NCBI GenBank assembly: GCA_964016885.1
Contig: OZ024740.1
Coordinates: 74,772,001-74,836,000, forward strand
Length of the DNA: 64,000 nucleotides
Reading direction: 5' to 3'
From: Eledone cirrhosa
Taxonomy: Eukaryota
Part shown: in pieces, positions 43,496-61,889 of the stretch
Layout: each line of letters starts with the position of its first letter
Numbering within the stretch: position 1 is the stretch's first letter
The notes under the pieces: generated by a model
Databases searched by the model: none
Told to the model about the DNA's origin: nothing
Seen by the model: the letters and a program-made list of their open reading frames with translations, nothing else
Program-made: the position numbers and the translations under genes

Positions 43496-46400
43496 TGAAT
43501 GTATCAAATTTATTAGTTCAAGATGATAACAGTTGCTAAATTTAGTTCTCTACATACGTTTATGCAACTCCTGTTTGTTAAAGAATCACTTTTTTGTAAA
43601 GTAACTGTAACGTTCAACCCATCCCGCTTTGAGAAAGCGGATGCAAAAACGATTATGATGATATATACGTCTATATATGCAGTCGTTGACCCTACCACGA
43701 CTTCTCAACTTTGCTGCAGCGCACTCGCAGCGTTGCTTCGGGTGATGGCGAGGCGGATGCGCTGAAAGGCAAAGTTAACTTTGGTGGGATTTGAACTCAG
43801 ACCATAAAGGGCCGTAACTCAAAGCATGGCGTCTGACGCTCTACCGATACTGCCAATTATAAATAATTGTTTCTACGTTAGGCACAAGGCCAGCAATTAC
43901 CCAGTGCATTACTGGTACTTTATTTTATCGACCCCGTAAGGATGAAAGGCAAAGTTAACCTCGGCGGGATTTGAACTCAGAATGGCAAGGGCCGTAACTC
44001 TATACGTCAAAGTATGGCGTCCGACCCTCTACCAATACTGCCAATCCACCAAATAATATAATATATACGTATAGATAAATATATATTTTTATTTTACTAT
44101 ATTTATATATATGTATCATTTGATATTTAATATACTATTATATCATCTATTATATATCTATCATGGGCGGTGGATCAGCAGAGGGTCGGACGCCATGCTT
44201 GCAGCATAGAGTTACGGCCCTTTATGATCTGAGTTCAAATCCCGCCGAGGTTAATTTTGCCTTTCATCCTTACGGGGACGATAAAATAAAGCACCAGTAA
44301 TGCTGGCCTTGTGCCAAAAGTAGAAACAATTATATCATCTCTACCTATCCCATAGGCCCAAGCACCCCCTGGATCTTCTCAATGGTAGCAGTCACTTTGA
44401 GAACCTCTGCGTTAACTGATTATCTAGTTTTGGTGTCGGGGTGATGGTTTCGCATGTGAGAAAGGAGCCGTGCGATTTGGAATGGCTGATGCAGCCATTG
44501 CTTGTTTTCTGCCGTAACATTTTTGCCACCTTGTTGGTAGTGCATATCTGAGATACACTGTCCAGTCAAGCAGTGTATAGATTGTCCCGCTCCTTGCTTT
44601 CTGCCTTTCTTTTCCTCACGTTTGTAAAATGTATTTTTTCGTAGAAGTTGTTAAATTGAAACAATTTCAATTTCAATTATTCCCTCCACCCAATTTCAGA
44701 CACAATAATAGCCCCCCCCCCCCACGTGCTTATTAATTTTTCAGATCCCTCCCACTTATTAAATTTTGCTAATATATATCTCCCCAGCGAAATTTTGTTT
44801 TAAGTGGTAGCATTCCTGCTACAATTTATTTTCTTTATACATTAACAAACATTATACATGACAAAAAAAAGTACATTACTACAAACAAATCCCATACTTT
44901 ATAAAATAAATAGGATGGGTTGGGATCTAAAACTAAACGACTAATTCTGTTTTTAAAAAAAATCAAGGAAGAGAACCTAGAAAAATTACCGATTTTCCAT
45001 TCTTTGCTTATTCCCCTCTCCCTATTATTTGGGACCCGAGAGTAACTACAGATTATTTTATCTTTCACACCGGGGTCAATTTTGTTTTCTCGCAACTTTC
45101 TTAGAAATCTATATTTTATAAATGAAACTTTAGCCTACTACAAACCAAAAGTGAAAGTATTCAGTAAAATTATTGGAGGGAAACTCTCGCGTCTCCAGGG
45201 TTTATAATTGAGTAGTCAGGTCTTCTGCTCTTTGCTTTCAGTAAATAAAAGTATTAATGAAAGGAACTATAAATCATAATGGAAGTATTAAAATATAAAA
45301 AAACTATTTATCAACATATTCCTAATACTACTTCATGGAAAATATATTTCTACAAATTTTCCATTAAAAATATGCATTATTAAGAAAGTTATTAAGGAAA
45401 CAAAATGGGGGTGTGGAGCTAAACTGTAGCAATGTCACCCTGCTCCTTTAGTAGATCAAGTTTTAGCGAGACATGATAGTACTATTTTATTGGTGTGGCG
45501 TAATTTGGTCGTGCTTGGTCAATTGCCAGCCTTGTATGCTTGGTGACGTATGAATACAAATTACCGTTTCCGCCCAGCAGTAGAATGCTTTTTTTTCAAA
45601 ACTAGTTGGTAGTTGCGTTTTGGATGCTGGTAGTGCAACCGCTTGTAACTAGCTTTACCACTGTTTTTGATTTTTCTCTCTAACATTTAGAGTAGTTCGT
45701 TAGACAGACATTCAGGGATTTACCATTTATCCGTCAACTTTGTTTTACCAAATATTCTAATTCCTTACGGATGCAACATTATTATCCTTCTTACAACCAA
45801 CTTTGATAGTGACAGTAATTGAGGATAAATTAGTTCTTGTCTCACTACATTTTTAGCCTACTAAAAAACATTCATTTCACTAACATCTTCACACAGAAAA
45901 CTTTGCTGCATACATTTTGTAACATCTTCAAACCAATAAAAAAAATTATTTTTGTATAAAAACTACGCCTTCTGATATATTTTTTTCTACATCTCCATCT
46001 TCCTAAAGTGGCAATCTTGCTAAAAAGTGATAATGACTACTAAAAAGTAAATTATTATATATTTTATATTTTATCTGCTGTAAAATATCAAAATAATCAT
46101 TAAGGTTGAATTAATCCTTTTGAAAAATTGTACGTTTCTGTAAGCTTATGAAAAGTATTCATAATATTAATAATTAGAGATGAAAATATGCGATTGCCTC
46201 GAAAGTCAATTATGAAACGACGTACTTAAGAATTTTTCCCCATACATCAATGATTTATAATCTCTGACATAAAGAATATTAAAACACATAATTTGTATCT
46301 ATCCATTTAGTAAATTCCATTGATTAAATTGCTTATGTTTGTTAAAATATGAAAGTTGTAAATAAAATTAAATGCTCTTTTCTTTTGCATTTTCTTTAAC

Positions 46401-46534
46401 TTTTAAACTTTGTCTTTCATCCTTACGGGGTCGATAAAATAAAGTACCTGTAATGCACTGGGTAATTGCTGGCCTTGTGCCTAAAGTAGAAACAATTATT
46501 TCTTAATGTCTTAATATTTTCTTGTTTTGGTAGA

Positions 46535-46687
46535 ATGATCCTGTGGTACTTCATGTCATTTGTGCTGGTGCTTCTGTCATTGACTGAAAGTGGAGAAGGG
46601 AAGACTCTTGACGAATATTTAAATCGATGTTTACATGGACGTCACCATAAACAGAAACCTGGCCCTGAAGATTCTCTACATAAACAG
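46535..46687 (+). CDS. FOLR: FOLR copy 2 coding exon 1
   Basis: As copy 1, offset 17195. Confidence 0.92.
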
Positions 46688-49600
46688 GTGAAAACATAGC
46701 TGAAAACTATTTCTTAATTTGATCTTTTATGTGTCTTTATATAGGTGGTGAATTGGTAGAGTCATCAAAGACCAAATGCCTTGCAATATTTGTTCCAGGT
46801 TGGTGGATTAGCAAAATTTGTAGAGTCAAATAAAATGTCATTGTTGTATTTGTTGTGGCTCTTCACATTCTGAGTTCAAATCTTGCTAAAGTCAACTTTA
46901 CCTTTCATCCTTACGGAGTAAGATGCAATTAAAAGGGTTGATCCCAGGAAGGGCATCAAGCTGTAAATTATTGTCTCAAAACATCCCATCTAACCCATGT
47001 CAACATGAAAAGAGTCTATGTTAGCCATCTCAATGTTTTTTTTATCTTTCTACAACTGCAATTAACTTTAAGATTCTTTGATTGATTCATTTATTTTAGT
47101 GCACTCCATGGAAGAATCGGGCTTGTTGTCAGGAAAATGTTACGAAAGTAGTTCATACTGGGACTTTATACAACTTTAATCTTCATCACTGCAAACAACT
47201 TTCCCCACCTTGCCTCCAACATTTCAACCAAGACTTATGCTTCTATGAATGTACACCAAATGGTGGACCTTGGATTCATAAGGTTAGTTATTTTTTGATT
47301 TATAAGCTATACATTTTGAAACTGGTTCATTGTAGGCAGTGAATTTGCAGAGTTGTCAGAGTGTAGGACAAAATGTCTTCCTGTAATTGTTCTGACTTTC
47401 TTAGTTCTGAGTTAAAATCCTGCTTAGGTCAACTTTATCTTTCATCGTTTCTGTATCAATAAAATAATGTACTGATCTAGGGCAACGGATTGGCAGAATT
47501 GTTCCAGCTCTTTGTATTTTTAATTCAAATTCTGCTGTAGCTTACTTGGGTGATAGACTTAATCCCTCATCCTGTTTTAACACCATCACTTGGCTCTTAG
47601 TTGACTTTAACAGAGTTCACTCTATTGCAAGCTTACAGACCAGGTCTTCAGTTTGAGGATACATCATCATCATCATCATCATCGTTTTACGTCCGTTCTT
47701 CCACGCTAGCATGGGTTAGACGGTAATTTCTTCCTTTCTTCCTTTCTAATCACTCAAATAAAGAAGGCCTAAAAAGGGCCCTGGGCTCTGCACTTCTCTT
47801 CCTGACTAAATAGTAAAAAAAGAAATTAGTGTATCAGATATTGTTGTTACAACATATTTGGTGGGGCCCTGCTAATTATTTTCCTATTGATCAATTCAAG
47901 TATAGTTTAGATTCCATGAAAATACTTTTAAACACAAATATTTTCTAAAACGATAGTTTCAAACTGTCTTTGGTAACAAGTAAAATTTTTTTGTCATTGT
48001 GTTTCATGAAGGCAGTGGTGGTGGTAGTGGTGGTGCTACTGCTGATGTCATCTAAATGTTCTCCTATGAACAACACAATAACAAGGAATTATTAGATTAT
48101 TTAGAAAGCAAAAATGATGTATAAGTAGAATTTGTGCCTCATTTAAAGACACTATGTGTTGTCTATTGAATAGCTTTAAGCAATAGTGACAATTGTGAAT
48201 GACACAAAGAAAAAAAGGTAGAAGCTTATCTTTTAGTGCCATCTCATAGAAATATAAAACCACATCTATTTAAATTGTTTCACTGACAGGAATCCAAAAT
48301 GAAAATACGAAAAGAAAGATATTTTGAAATTCCACTTTGTGAAGATACTTGTCAAGAATGGTGGAATAGCTGTAAGGATGATGAAACTTGTAGTGAAAAC
48401 TGGGCACGAGCTTTCAACTGGACAACAGGTAAATCTTTCATATTTGTTCAATGGCATGGGTTGTATGGATCTGCTGTTTCATATTTCATATTTATCAGGT
48501 CAAAACAAACTACTTCTTATTCAGGTATCTCATCACCTGTCCTCATGATCTAGACCTCCAAAAGAACAAGACTGCTTTTAGACCCTGTGAGAAATTCAAG
48601 TAAGCTGCAAGGCCTTTTTGAAGGACAAGGGAGTGCCAGATATTGACAGGCCCCTCTTTGGCCATCTATGTACAAGCTACTCACCCCTCATGTAGGTTCT
48701 GTTCATGACTATTTTCACCTAGGTCATACCCTCCATTTATGTCATATGTACACATAAGAGTGGATGTAGGATGGCCAAATTGGTAAGAAGTTTGCTTTGG
48801 ACTCATATGATCCTGGGTTCAATCCCACTGCTTGACATCATGGACAAATGTCATTTACCAGAACCTCAGATTGATTCAAACCTTATAAAGTAAATGAAAA
48901 TTTCTCAGAAGCTTGTTTAATGGATTGTACCAGTTTTTCAAAGAGCTTACCTAAACACACTGTATCAAATAAGTAGGGTTGGCATCAGGAAAGGCATCCA
49001 ACCCATCCCTGCATGGAAAAGCAGATCTGAAAGTGATAGAAACAACATTAACAATTGTAAAACCACAGTTTCTAGTTTGTTATTAGAGTCATTGTTTTAC
49101 TTCCATTTTTTCATGCCTGCACAGGTTGGATGGAACTCCACGTGATATTAAATGACTGAGAATACATGACACTTCTTTTGGATAGGATATAATTCTGCTG
49201 CTAGGCTAACCTGCAGCTGCTGCCGGCACTCATTTTCATTTGAGTGAACTGGAGCAACCTGAAATAAAGCACCTTTCTCATGTACACAATGCATTATCCA
49301 ATCTGGGAATTATGAGCTCAACATCCCTAACCTCTTGGTTGCATGCCTTGACAGTTTCTTATAAACAAATTAAAAAAAAAAATCTTTTTCTGTATTCCAC
49401 TGAGATTCATGACTGTTGTTCTTTAAAACCCTTTTAATGTTTTTCATTACAGGAACAAATACTTGTATACATGGAACTAAATGCCGAAAATTTTCAGAAG
49501 TATTTAAGACAGCTACAAACTTTTGCCAAAAAGTTTGGGACCATTCTTGGAAAGTAGTTCCTAAACAACCATGTTTTACTTTTTGGTTTGATGAAAATGG

Positions 49601-49715
49601 AAGAAATCCAAATGACAAAGTGGCATACCAAAAGGCCCTTGAATTAACATCAGGAAGTTCTTACTTAAAGTCTTACAGTTATTTTTTGTCAATTTTATTA
49701 TTAACATATTTGTGA
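46535..49715 (+). CDS. FOLR: Folate receptor family protein, copy 2 (exons 46535-46687, 47100-47282, 48290-48428, 49453-49715)
   Basis: Intact; no coding difference from copy 1 seen by eye; same splice sites. Confidence 0.95.
47100..47282 (+). CDS. FOLR: FOLR copy 2 coding exon 2
   Basis: As copy 1, offset 17195. Confidence 0.94.
48290..48428 (+). CDS. FOLR: FOLR copy 2 coding exon 3
   Basis: As copy 1, offset 17195. Confidence 0.94.
49453..49715 (+). CDS. FOLR: FOLR copy 2 coding exon 4
   Basis: As copy 1, offset 17196. Confidence 0.94.
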
Positions 49716-50926
49716 TGGAACTTATTAAAAACAAATCATGATATAATAACTATTACATCCTTTCAAAATGCAAAACATTTCTACTTTTATATAAATAAAA
49801 TTGTCTGAATAAAGAGTTCAAGATTCAAATAAGATACTTTGTTATATTACTTTCAGCCCTTTTCCTTCTAGTTCAACTGTGATGGTATTGGTATTAAGCT
49901 GTATCAGCCCTTGCCTTTTCCTTGGACAGTATGGTGACTGCTGACCTTTTACAAAAGCAAAACAAATAAACAAAAAACTACTTGTTCAGGCCTGCACTTT
50001 GTAGAGGAACTTTCCAGGTGTAGATCTATGGTAGCTTGAGACGTGGATGCCCCAGAATAACCCAGGTTTATCAATGTTTAAAATTCCTCTTGATGTTAGC
50101 CAAGAAAGACGCCTCTATGCAGTATCTCAATTTACTAGAAATAACAGCCAAATTACCCTCGAACGACACTCCACTACTTTAGAAACTGGAAGGATGCATT
50201 AGATACAGGCAAAATATGGTATGGCTGTGGCTAGAATACCTTTGGCTATATGTCTACTTACTTGATCAGGGCTTTACCTGGAACTAACAACAACAATCAG
50301 TGTTTTGTAATGAAAATTTACGAGAACATTAAAGCATAAGTGAACACAAAGAAGCTACCAAACATCAAAGATACTGATAGATATCTAAAGATGTCTAAAT
50401 TCTAAAGTCTGTCACAAGCCAGGAAGCTCATTAGGCCAGTACTTGTCCTGGTTTCCTTGGTGTGAAGTGACTGCGACTACAAAATTCTAACCTGGACAGG
50501 ATGCCAGTCTATCGCAGGGTTAAACCCCCAGCTACTGTTGGTACTCATTTTCAGCTGAGTATATTGGAGCAACGTGAAATGAAGTGTTTTGCTTAAGAAA
50601 ACAACACACAACTCGGTCTAGAAATCGAATCCATGACATCATGGTTGTGAGTACAACAACCTAATCACTAGGCCATGGGCATTCACACAAATAGATATAT
50701 GTAGGTATAAATATGCTAGTATTTATTATTTAACAAGTTGAAAAGACGGCAGATGTTACAACTTAAAGCACTACATAAGAGTAATAAGGAAGAAGGCTGT
50801 AAATTATTCTGCTCATGGCCTGTATTTGAATTTAAATACTTAAACAAAAAGTCATTAGTGTTATTGACTGAAAATAGCAATGTTCTGGATCCCCAAATGA
50901 ACACACATGCGCACACACACACACAC

Positions 50927-50959
<33 letters not shown>

Positions 50960-51735
50960 ATACTTGTGGCAGTATGAGTTTGTGCAAGTCATTTTCAGAG
51001 ATGTCAGGAAAATCAGTTTGTAATGTGAGTAATTTAGTATGAAGGTATGGTTCTTAGCCCCCCCCCCTTTATTACAGCTCTCAGGGCAGTAAAAGAGGAA
51101 TTTAAGACGAGTTTTTCATAGAAACTTACATATGATGATGACCTAATGCTTATAGCTAAATTATGTGCAAGATATGGAAGAAATTCCAGAAGTGTAAAAA
51201 AAAAAAAAAAAACTAGACCCGAAAGACTTAACTATGACTAAAGTTTTAGTAAGTAGGAAAGAAGATAGAATCTTGCTACCATCTTGGAAATTACCATGCT
51301 CGACATGCAGAAAAAAAGTAGAAGGGGTTTCCATACTATGTACTTAATGTAAAGGAAATGTAGTGGATTCACAGATAGGTTGACAGAAAAAGTACTTTGT
51401 GGAAAATAGACAGGAGTACTATATGGAATCAGTAAAACAATTCATTTGCTTGCAATTATGTATGTATGTCATCCCAGTTTCCTGAGTTGCCTTCTCCTAG
51501 AAGAATGCCCTGACAAAGTAGTTACCGATGATGTTGATCTTTTCTTCTTTTCGGGTTATAACTACTGTCGCTCAGAGAGTGGGATTGGCTCAGTGCACAG
51601 TCTTTCCTCACTTTAAAAAATATCTTCACGCACAGGCATTGCACGATAGAATTAATTGATAGTTATTAATAATGGTATATCGTGCAATAGCCATACTCGA
51701 TAACGAGGGGGCAGCCATCATGTAATGTATGTATG

Positions 51736-51789
<54 letters not shown>

Positions 51790-53797
51790 CGTTCTTTCGT
51801 TCGTTCGTGCGCGCAATGTGTGCATGCGTGCACGTGTATAAATGCTGCTTCTGTGCAAATACGACATCGATGTGTGAATGTATATATATATGTGAAAATA
51901 CACATACGTATATACATACATAATACATACATACATGTACAATATAAACACTCACACACATATAAACACAGCTGTATACATAAATACATGGTTATGTTTG
52001 TCTATCGAATTCACAGATGACCATCCTCTCGATCAGTTGTAGATCCTTTGGTAACTGTACATCTTAAAGAGCACTAGTAACGGAAGACAACAGTATGGGT
52101 AACTGGAGAATCGTGACTGCTGCAGTCTATGTTACACATACTGTGTGCCTTCACCACACACTCTCGAGCCTCGAATAATGCCCCTCCCCCCGCTTATTAA
52201 TTTTTCCAATTATTCCACCCCGCTCTTATTCAGCACCCACCCCTCGTTTATTAAATTTTGCTAATCTATCTCCGGCGAAATTTTGTTTTAAGTGGTAGCA
52301 TGCCTGCGATAATGAATTTTCTTTCGACATTAAAAAATATTACACACGATAAAAAAAACAAAAAAACATTACAAGAAATCTCATGTTATAAAGTAAATAG
52401 GATGAATTGGGGCCTTAATTTGTAAAGTAAACGACGAATTCTGGGTTTCAAAAAATCAAGGGAGACAACCTAGAATAATTATCGATTTTCCACCCCACCG
52501 CTTAATCCATCCCCCTATTATTGGAGACCTGAGAGAAGGAAACTACGGAAACAGATGTATTTCATCTGTTGGAACCACAACAATAATTGTTTCTACTTTT
52601 GGCACAAGGCCAGCAATTACCCCAGTGCATTACTGGTACTTTATTTTATCAACCCCATAAGGATGAAAGGCAAAGTTAACCTCGGCGGGATTTGACCTCA
52701 AACCGCAAAGGGCTGTAACTCTTTGTTGCAAATCATGTTGTCCGACCCTCTACCGATACTGCCAGATTTAAGAAACCACAACCCACAAACGTACAATCGC
52801 AGTTTTAAATATCTTTGTAGACAGAAAAAAGTATTGGGATTGTTTTAACGAGTTTTATTTCTACTTATAAATTCATTGAATGACAAGCTCTCAGTATTAC
52901 GAACATGTGGTCAAAATGTCTAAGGAAAGAATTGGTGGACAGATTTTACAGGAAAAAACCACCCGGTAGGTGACCCAGGTGGGTAGATTCTGAGCAAGGT
53001 GGTTGGATAAACTCCCTGATCTCGGCTAGTTACGCTTAGAGATCCAACCGGATCAATTGGATACAGTTGCTCCTGAATATGTGGGCGAAGAAGACAAATA
53101 CCCTTATTTCGCTGTCCACGAAATTTATAGCTATTTATATCAAACACACGACACACAAATACGCGTACATGCACTCACACACACACACACACCCATGTAC
53201 ACACATACACGCACGCACACATACACACAAACTTGGTATTCGTATTGTTACATATTTCAAGGGAGATCACTCTAATGCTATATATATATATATATATATA
53301 TGTGGAAGCTTAGTAAAATCGAAGCTTTGGCTGTGGGCAAGCAAATCCTCTGGTTAAGGGGAAATAACTCAACATATCCAGTATAGATAAGTTTTCATTA
53401 TAGATATATATATCGCTTCTTAATGGATGTATCAAGGCTATATGGTTTCTATGTAATTATACTATCAGTGTCTTTGATAGTTTTTAGCCAGTATTGGCCC
53501 ATTCCTATATATATATATGCTCGCGGTCTCTCTTACATACATACATGGACCAAAATATAACTGAACTTGGATTTGTGGACAAAGAGCGCAACTCCCTAAT
53601 TTATAGATTACAAATGGCTGCGATAGCTGGCACCTTCAAAATTTGCAGAACATTCTTGCGATTCAAGGGATGACAATTTCTTTTCTTTTACAACCTTGCT
53701 ACCAGGAAGGTGGCCGGTCAAAAATGTACTCGAAATTAAGTGTATATACATACATACATTCAGAAATTCAAAATGCAATAATAGATAACGCCCATAC

Positions 53798-53951
<154 letters not shown>

Positions 53952-54207
53952 AAAGATATAAAACCAGAATAGCATACACATATATACTTATACTCTGCCA
54001 CATTTGATTCGCATATAAGTTCTTTATTTATGTATTTTATTTCTACGTGGATTCTGATGGTAGTACCTTTTCAATCGACAGAGAAATGCGTAAATAAAAC
54101 ATGTTTAGAAGATTATATACATAAAAGTATCTGTTTGCGTGCACATTTCTCGCAGCTTCGTTTAACTCCTGTACTGTATGTATATGCATATGTAGAGCGG
54201 AGCGAAA

Positions 54208-55034
54208 AGGGTGTTCCGCTCCTGACAAGTCAGATCTTCAATACCAAGTATGTCACAAGAGTCTCCACTTGTTCCAAAGAAGAACAAGGGACACGAGAGA
54301 TGGCCATCTACTGCATAGACATCTTGGGCACCAGTGAGACATTTTGACAGTCTAGGGACACATCATAAGTAGAGATAAAAGAGTATTATATTTTGGCCAG
54401 GAAGAACATCAATCTTAAGGGGTTGATATCATCTTGAGTGGACATGTAACAACAGCACTGATAGGCTTGAGGTCAGTGAATGACCGGATCATCAGAATGA
54501 GGTCCAATACCAGACATGTGAAGGTCACAGTTGTGCTGATCTACGCCCCAACAGAGACTGCAAAAGACGAAGTTATTGAAGCATTCTATAACCACCTACA
54601 GACAATTCTAGACAGTCTATCACAATGTGACGTAAAGCTGGTAATAGGTGACGTCAATGCTCAATTAAACGGTGACAAACGTGGATTGTTCTACATGGTG
54701 GGGCCTCATGATTCAGACAACAACACAAACAACAATGGTGAGAGGCTGCTGGCGCTGAGTAGCTGCAGCTAACTCAGTATTGGCAACAGATTTTTCGTTC
54801 ACAAACGTATCCACAAATCTGTATGGACATCACAGTGTGTAACATAAGAAATGAGATCGACTACATCTGCAGGCATCTTTGCAAAATGACCGTACCTGCC
54901 GATAGTTGGAGGATTCTTTTGAAGCTAAAAAAGAAAAAGATAGGCAGTAAATACTGTGTGGATCTACACAGCTGAGGCTCTGAAACAGAAATTTCGACCA
55001 GATTCCTTGAGCTTGTTAAAAACAACTTCAAAGC

Positions 55035-55125
<91 letters not shown>

Positions 55126-56037
55126 TGAAGGACAATTGCTTCGCTTTCAATACGTCATCGAGTGTTGACAAATTACTTGAATGTAGTCGAGGCAACATCT
55201 GAGTGAGAGCAATGGATTCCCACAGCTTCTTGGAGTTTGATTGACAGAAGGAAAGAAGCGAAAATCAAGAAAAATCGAGAGAGGTCAGGTGAAGAATTGT
55301 CAGTACATGGAAATAACAAGACAACAAGTACAGATACCTCAATACGTGTGTAAAAAAGAGTTGTAGGAACGACAAAAGAATATGGCACGAGAGAAGGGAA
55401 ACGAGGCAGAAAATGTTGCGGCGAGAAATGACACTAGAGGTCTGTACAGAGTTGCCAGGAACACGAAGTAGTTTGTGCCAATTATAAGTAAGGATGATCT
55501 GACGTTGGCAAAAACCGATGAAAAATTATCCTGGAGGGTGGAACATTTCCAGGAAGTGTCCAATCGATCGGACCTGGTCGATATCTTCAACATCAATCAG
55601 AAGAGAACCTTGGTAGACTACCTGCAGGTGGTTGATGAAGACACTCCAACGGAAGAAGTTGTCAAAGCCATTCGTTGCCTGAGGAATAACAAGGCAATTG
55701 TTCAAACATGGAAAAGATGTCACCCCAGAAGAGTTGTGGCATCTTTACAAATTATTATGGCACAAAGAGAAAGTCGTAAAGGCCTGAAGGTGATAGAAAG
55801 GAGCTTTAAGTTATTGCAACAACTATTGTTGTTGGAGAGTATTGTTTTTTGTTTTTTACAGTGTCTTCCTTAACCACCCGAGGCAAAGCCAGATTCAGGA
55901 ATAGAAGGACGTACAGAGAACAAATCCTCATATCATGCAACATCAATGAGCTGAGTCACGAGTTCCAGCAGCCACAATTATTTAACTTTATTGACTCCAA
56001 GAAGGCCCTCGACAGTGTGCACAGAGATTCTTTTTAG
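54208..56037 (+). mobile_element. Degenerate RTE LINE, duplicated copy
   Basis: Repeat of 36940-38780. Confidence 0.85.
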
Positions 56038-56095
56038 AATAACGCTGAGCTGGAGTGTCTACTTACTACATCAACATCTAACTTTAATATATATG

Positions 56096-56181
<86 letters not shown>

Positions 56182-57397
56182 ATCAAAAGATGGTTAAAAG
56201 AGTTCCATGTATTTTATTATGCGCATTTCAAAAACAAATATCATCATGTAATAACATTTGTGTTTTCGTCAGATAAAATAGGAAGACATGATATGAAGGT
56301 TAAAATACACTTGTGAATAGTGCAATTTTAAATCAACATATGAAAAGTAGTTTTAGATTGATATGTGATATTGGGAAAACATTTTTTTTGAGGGGTTGGG
56401 GGGTTGGAAAGGATGAAAAAGAGGAGGAGATGAGAGTAAAAAGTGGAGCGGGAGGAGTATAATGAGGAAGGATGAGATAGGAGGAGAGATGGGTGATAGA
56501 GAGAGAGAGAGATAGCTTTTATAACTGAGAAAAATATATTGTTTTACATAGAGAGGTTGAAAAACCGTTGGAAGATAATATATAAATTAAAAGAATTTGA
56601 AAATTAACGAAGAGAAAAATAATGTTAAGTTAAGGTTTGTATATTGAAGGGTTTAATAATATGTGCGATGAAAAGAAATTGTTAATATGTATTAAGAATA
56701 ATATTTAAGGGTTTAATAATATGTGCGATGGAAAGAAAATGTTGATATGTATTATTAAAAAAATGTAAAAATATAGCAATAGTAATGTAAGTAAGGATAT
56801 ATTGTGAAAGAAGTAGAAGATTGGATGAATAAGTTAGATGAGCATGAAAGGGAGAAAAAAATAATGAATTGAGGATGAATAATCTAACGTAAAAAAAAAT
56901 GTTTATGTTTACGAAGGATTTTTTCAAGGTGATATAAAGTAAGAATATATTGTACTGTGTAATAATTGTTTCTATGTTAGGCACAATGAGAAAAGGTACA
57001 GATTAGGGGTTAGAAATTAAAAGAAAAAGAAAAGAAAAGGAAAAGGAAGAAAGGGAAGTGATAAATAGGAGTGATATAGAATGAGTAACTAGTATATATA
57101 TAATGTATAATAAATAACTTTGAAATAAGGTAGAAAGATGGGTATATTTTAAAAGAAATATATATGTATATATATATGTGCCTTTGAGAAAAGGATTTTA
57201 ATTGATAAAGTATTAGATATTAGCTGTATACTTTATGGAATGTTCTGTGGAATTTATGCAAGCAGAGAGAAAAAAAAAATATATATATATATATACGTCA
57301 ATACTCATCTTTTTCCATTTATCTGAGGGTTCTAAACCCCATTATCAGACTAAAATTTCTTTAGTAAAAAAAATACGGTGAAAGCTATTCTATTTTC

Positions 57398-58111
<714 letters not shown>

Positions 58112-58211
58112 CCGATTAACTCACTCGATATGCAAATTAGGCTGCTCAGCCGTTAATATGCATAAGGAAAGTATATACTTTCAGACGTTCAACCATCTGG
58201 TAGGAAGGTAT

Positions 58212-58254
58212 ACGTTGCTGATGATAGTTAATAAGCTTGAAACTAGTACAGCGT
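58212..58254 (+). ncRNA. Minimal hammerhead ribozyme copy
   Basis: ACGTTG-CTGATGA-T AGTT AATA AGCT T-GAAA-CTAG-TA-CAGCGT; both stems pair, with G-U wobbles. Confidence 0.75.
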
Positions 58255-58457
58255 TCCTTTGTCAGTGTTGAACAAATGAGCAACGATGGTTGCTAGACAC
58301 TGTACGGCTTAATTCGGGATGTTTGTTTACAAACACACCGAGCATTATAATAAATGTTCGGTGAATCCATATGTACATATATATATATGTGTGCATGTAT
58401 GTATATATATACATACTACTGTACGTCTGTATACATATATGTATGTACGTATACATA

Positions 58458-58566
<109 letters not shown>

Positions 58567-58580
58567 ATGTTTATATATAT

Positions 58581-60928
<2,348 letters not shown>

Positions 60929-61074
60929 GTATATATATGTATATATATGTATATATATATGTATATATATGTATATATATATGTATATATATATATATAT
61001 GTATGAATGAAGTAATTCCGTCGGAAAAGTCCAGGAAAAAAGAGTGCTCTATGTAGGTAACAGAGCTTAATAGT

Positions 61075-61334
61075 TATGTAATAAACAACATAAGGCAATT
61101 ATTCCATTTACTTAAAAGGTATCTTAAAAGCAAAAAATGTTGCTTTCAATCCTCAGAATGAAAAAATCCTGGTCTGTTTATTGAATTTGGATTTTAAAAA
61201 CAAAAATGATTTTTGTTTTTAAAATCCAAATTCAATAAACAGACCAGGATTTTTTCATTCTGAGGATTGAAAGCAAAATTCTTTGCTTTTAAGAAACCAC
61301 TGGTAAATGGAATAATTGCCTTATGTTGTTTATT

Positions 61335-61339
<5 letters not shown>
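61075..61339. repeat. ~265-bp near-perfect palindrome between (TA)n tracts
   Basis: Arms meet at ~61208 (AAAAACAAAAAT-G-ATTTTTGTTTTT). Confidence 0.9.
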
Positions 61340-61416
<77 letters not shown>

Positions 61417-61418
61417 TT

Positions 61419-61452
<34 letters not shown>

Positions 61453-61521
61453 GGAAAAGGTTCAGAACTCCGACGGCAGAGCTCAACCCTTTTCGACGGC
61501 TATTTCTGGACTCATATATAT

Positions 61522-61789
61522 ATATATTGTTATACTTGGGGAGGGTCATATTGTTGTAATAATATTGCCAGAAATAATAACAGAACACACTTACTGTTTG
61601 GTTGGTTTTCGCTTCTGTATATTTTATATCTCCATAGTTAATTTGTTTGGTCATCAATGTTTATCACTGACTGAAATACAGATATAAAAGATACAGAAGC
61701 AAAAACCAACCAAACAGTGAGTGTGTTCTGTTATTATTTCTGGCAATATTATTACAACAATATGACCCTCCCCAAGTATAACAATATAT
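61522..61789. repeat. Inverted repeat (~110-bp arms, ~48-bp spacer) of a family also at ~11685-12110
   Basis: Arms 61522-61631 and 61680-61789. Confidence 0.88.
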
Positions 61790-61889
61790 GTTTCGACACA
61801 CGATTTCATATAAAAAAACCTTGCAAAACAAATTCAGCGCCGTTATATATATATATATATATATATAAGCAATGAGTTATTTAATTTGT

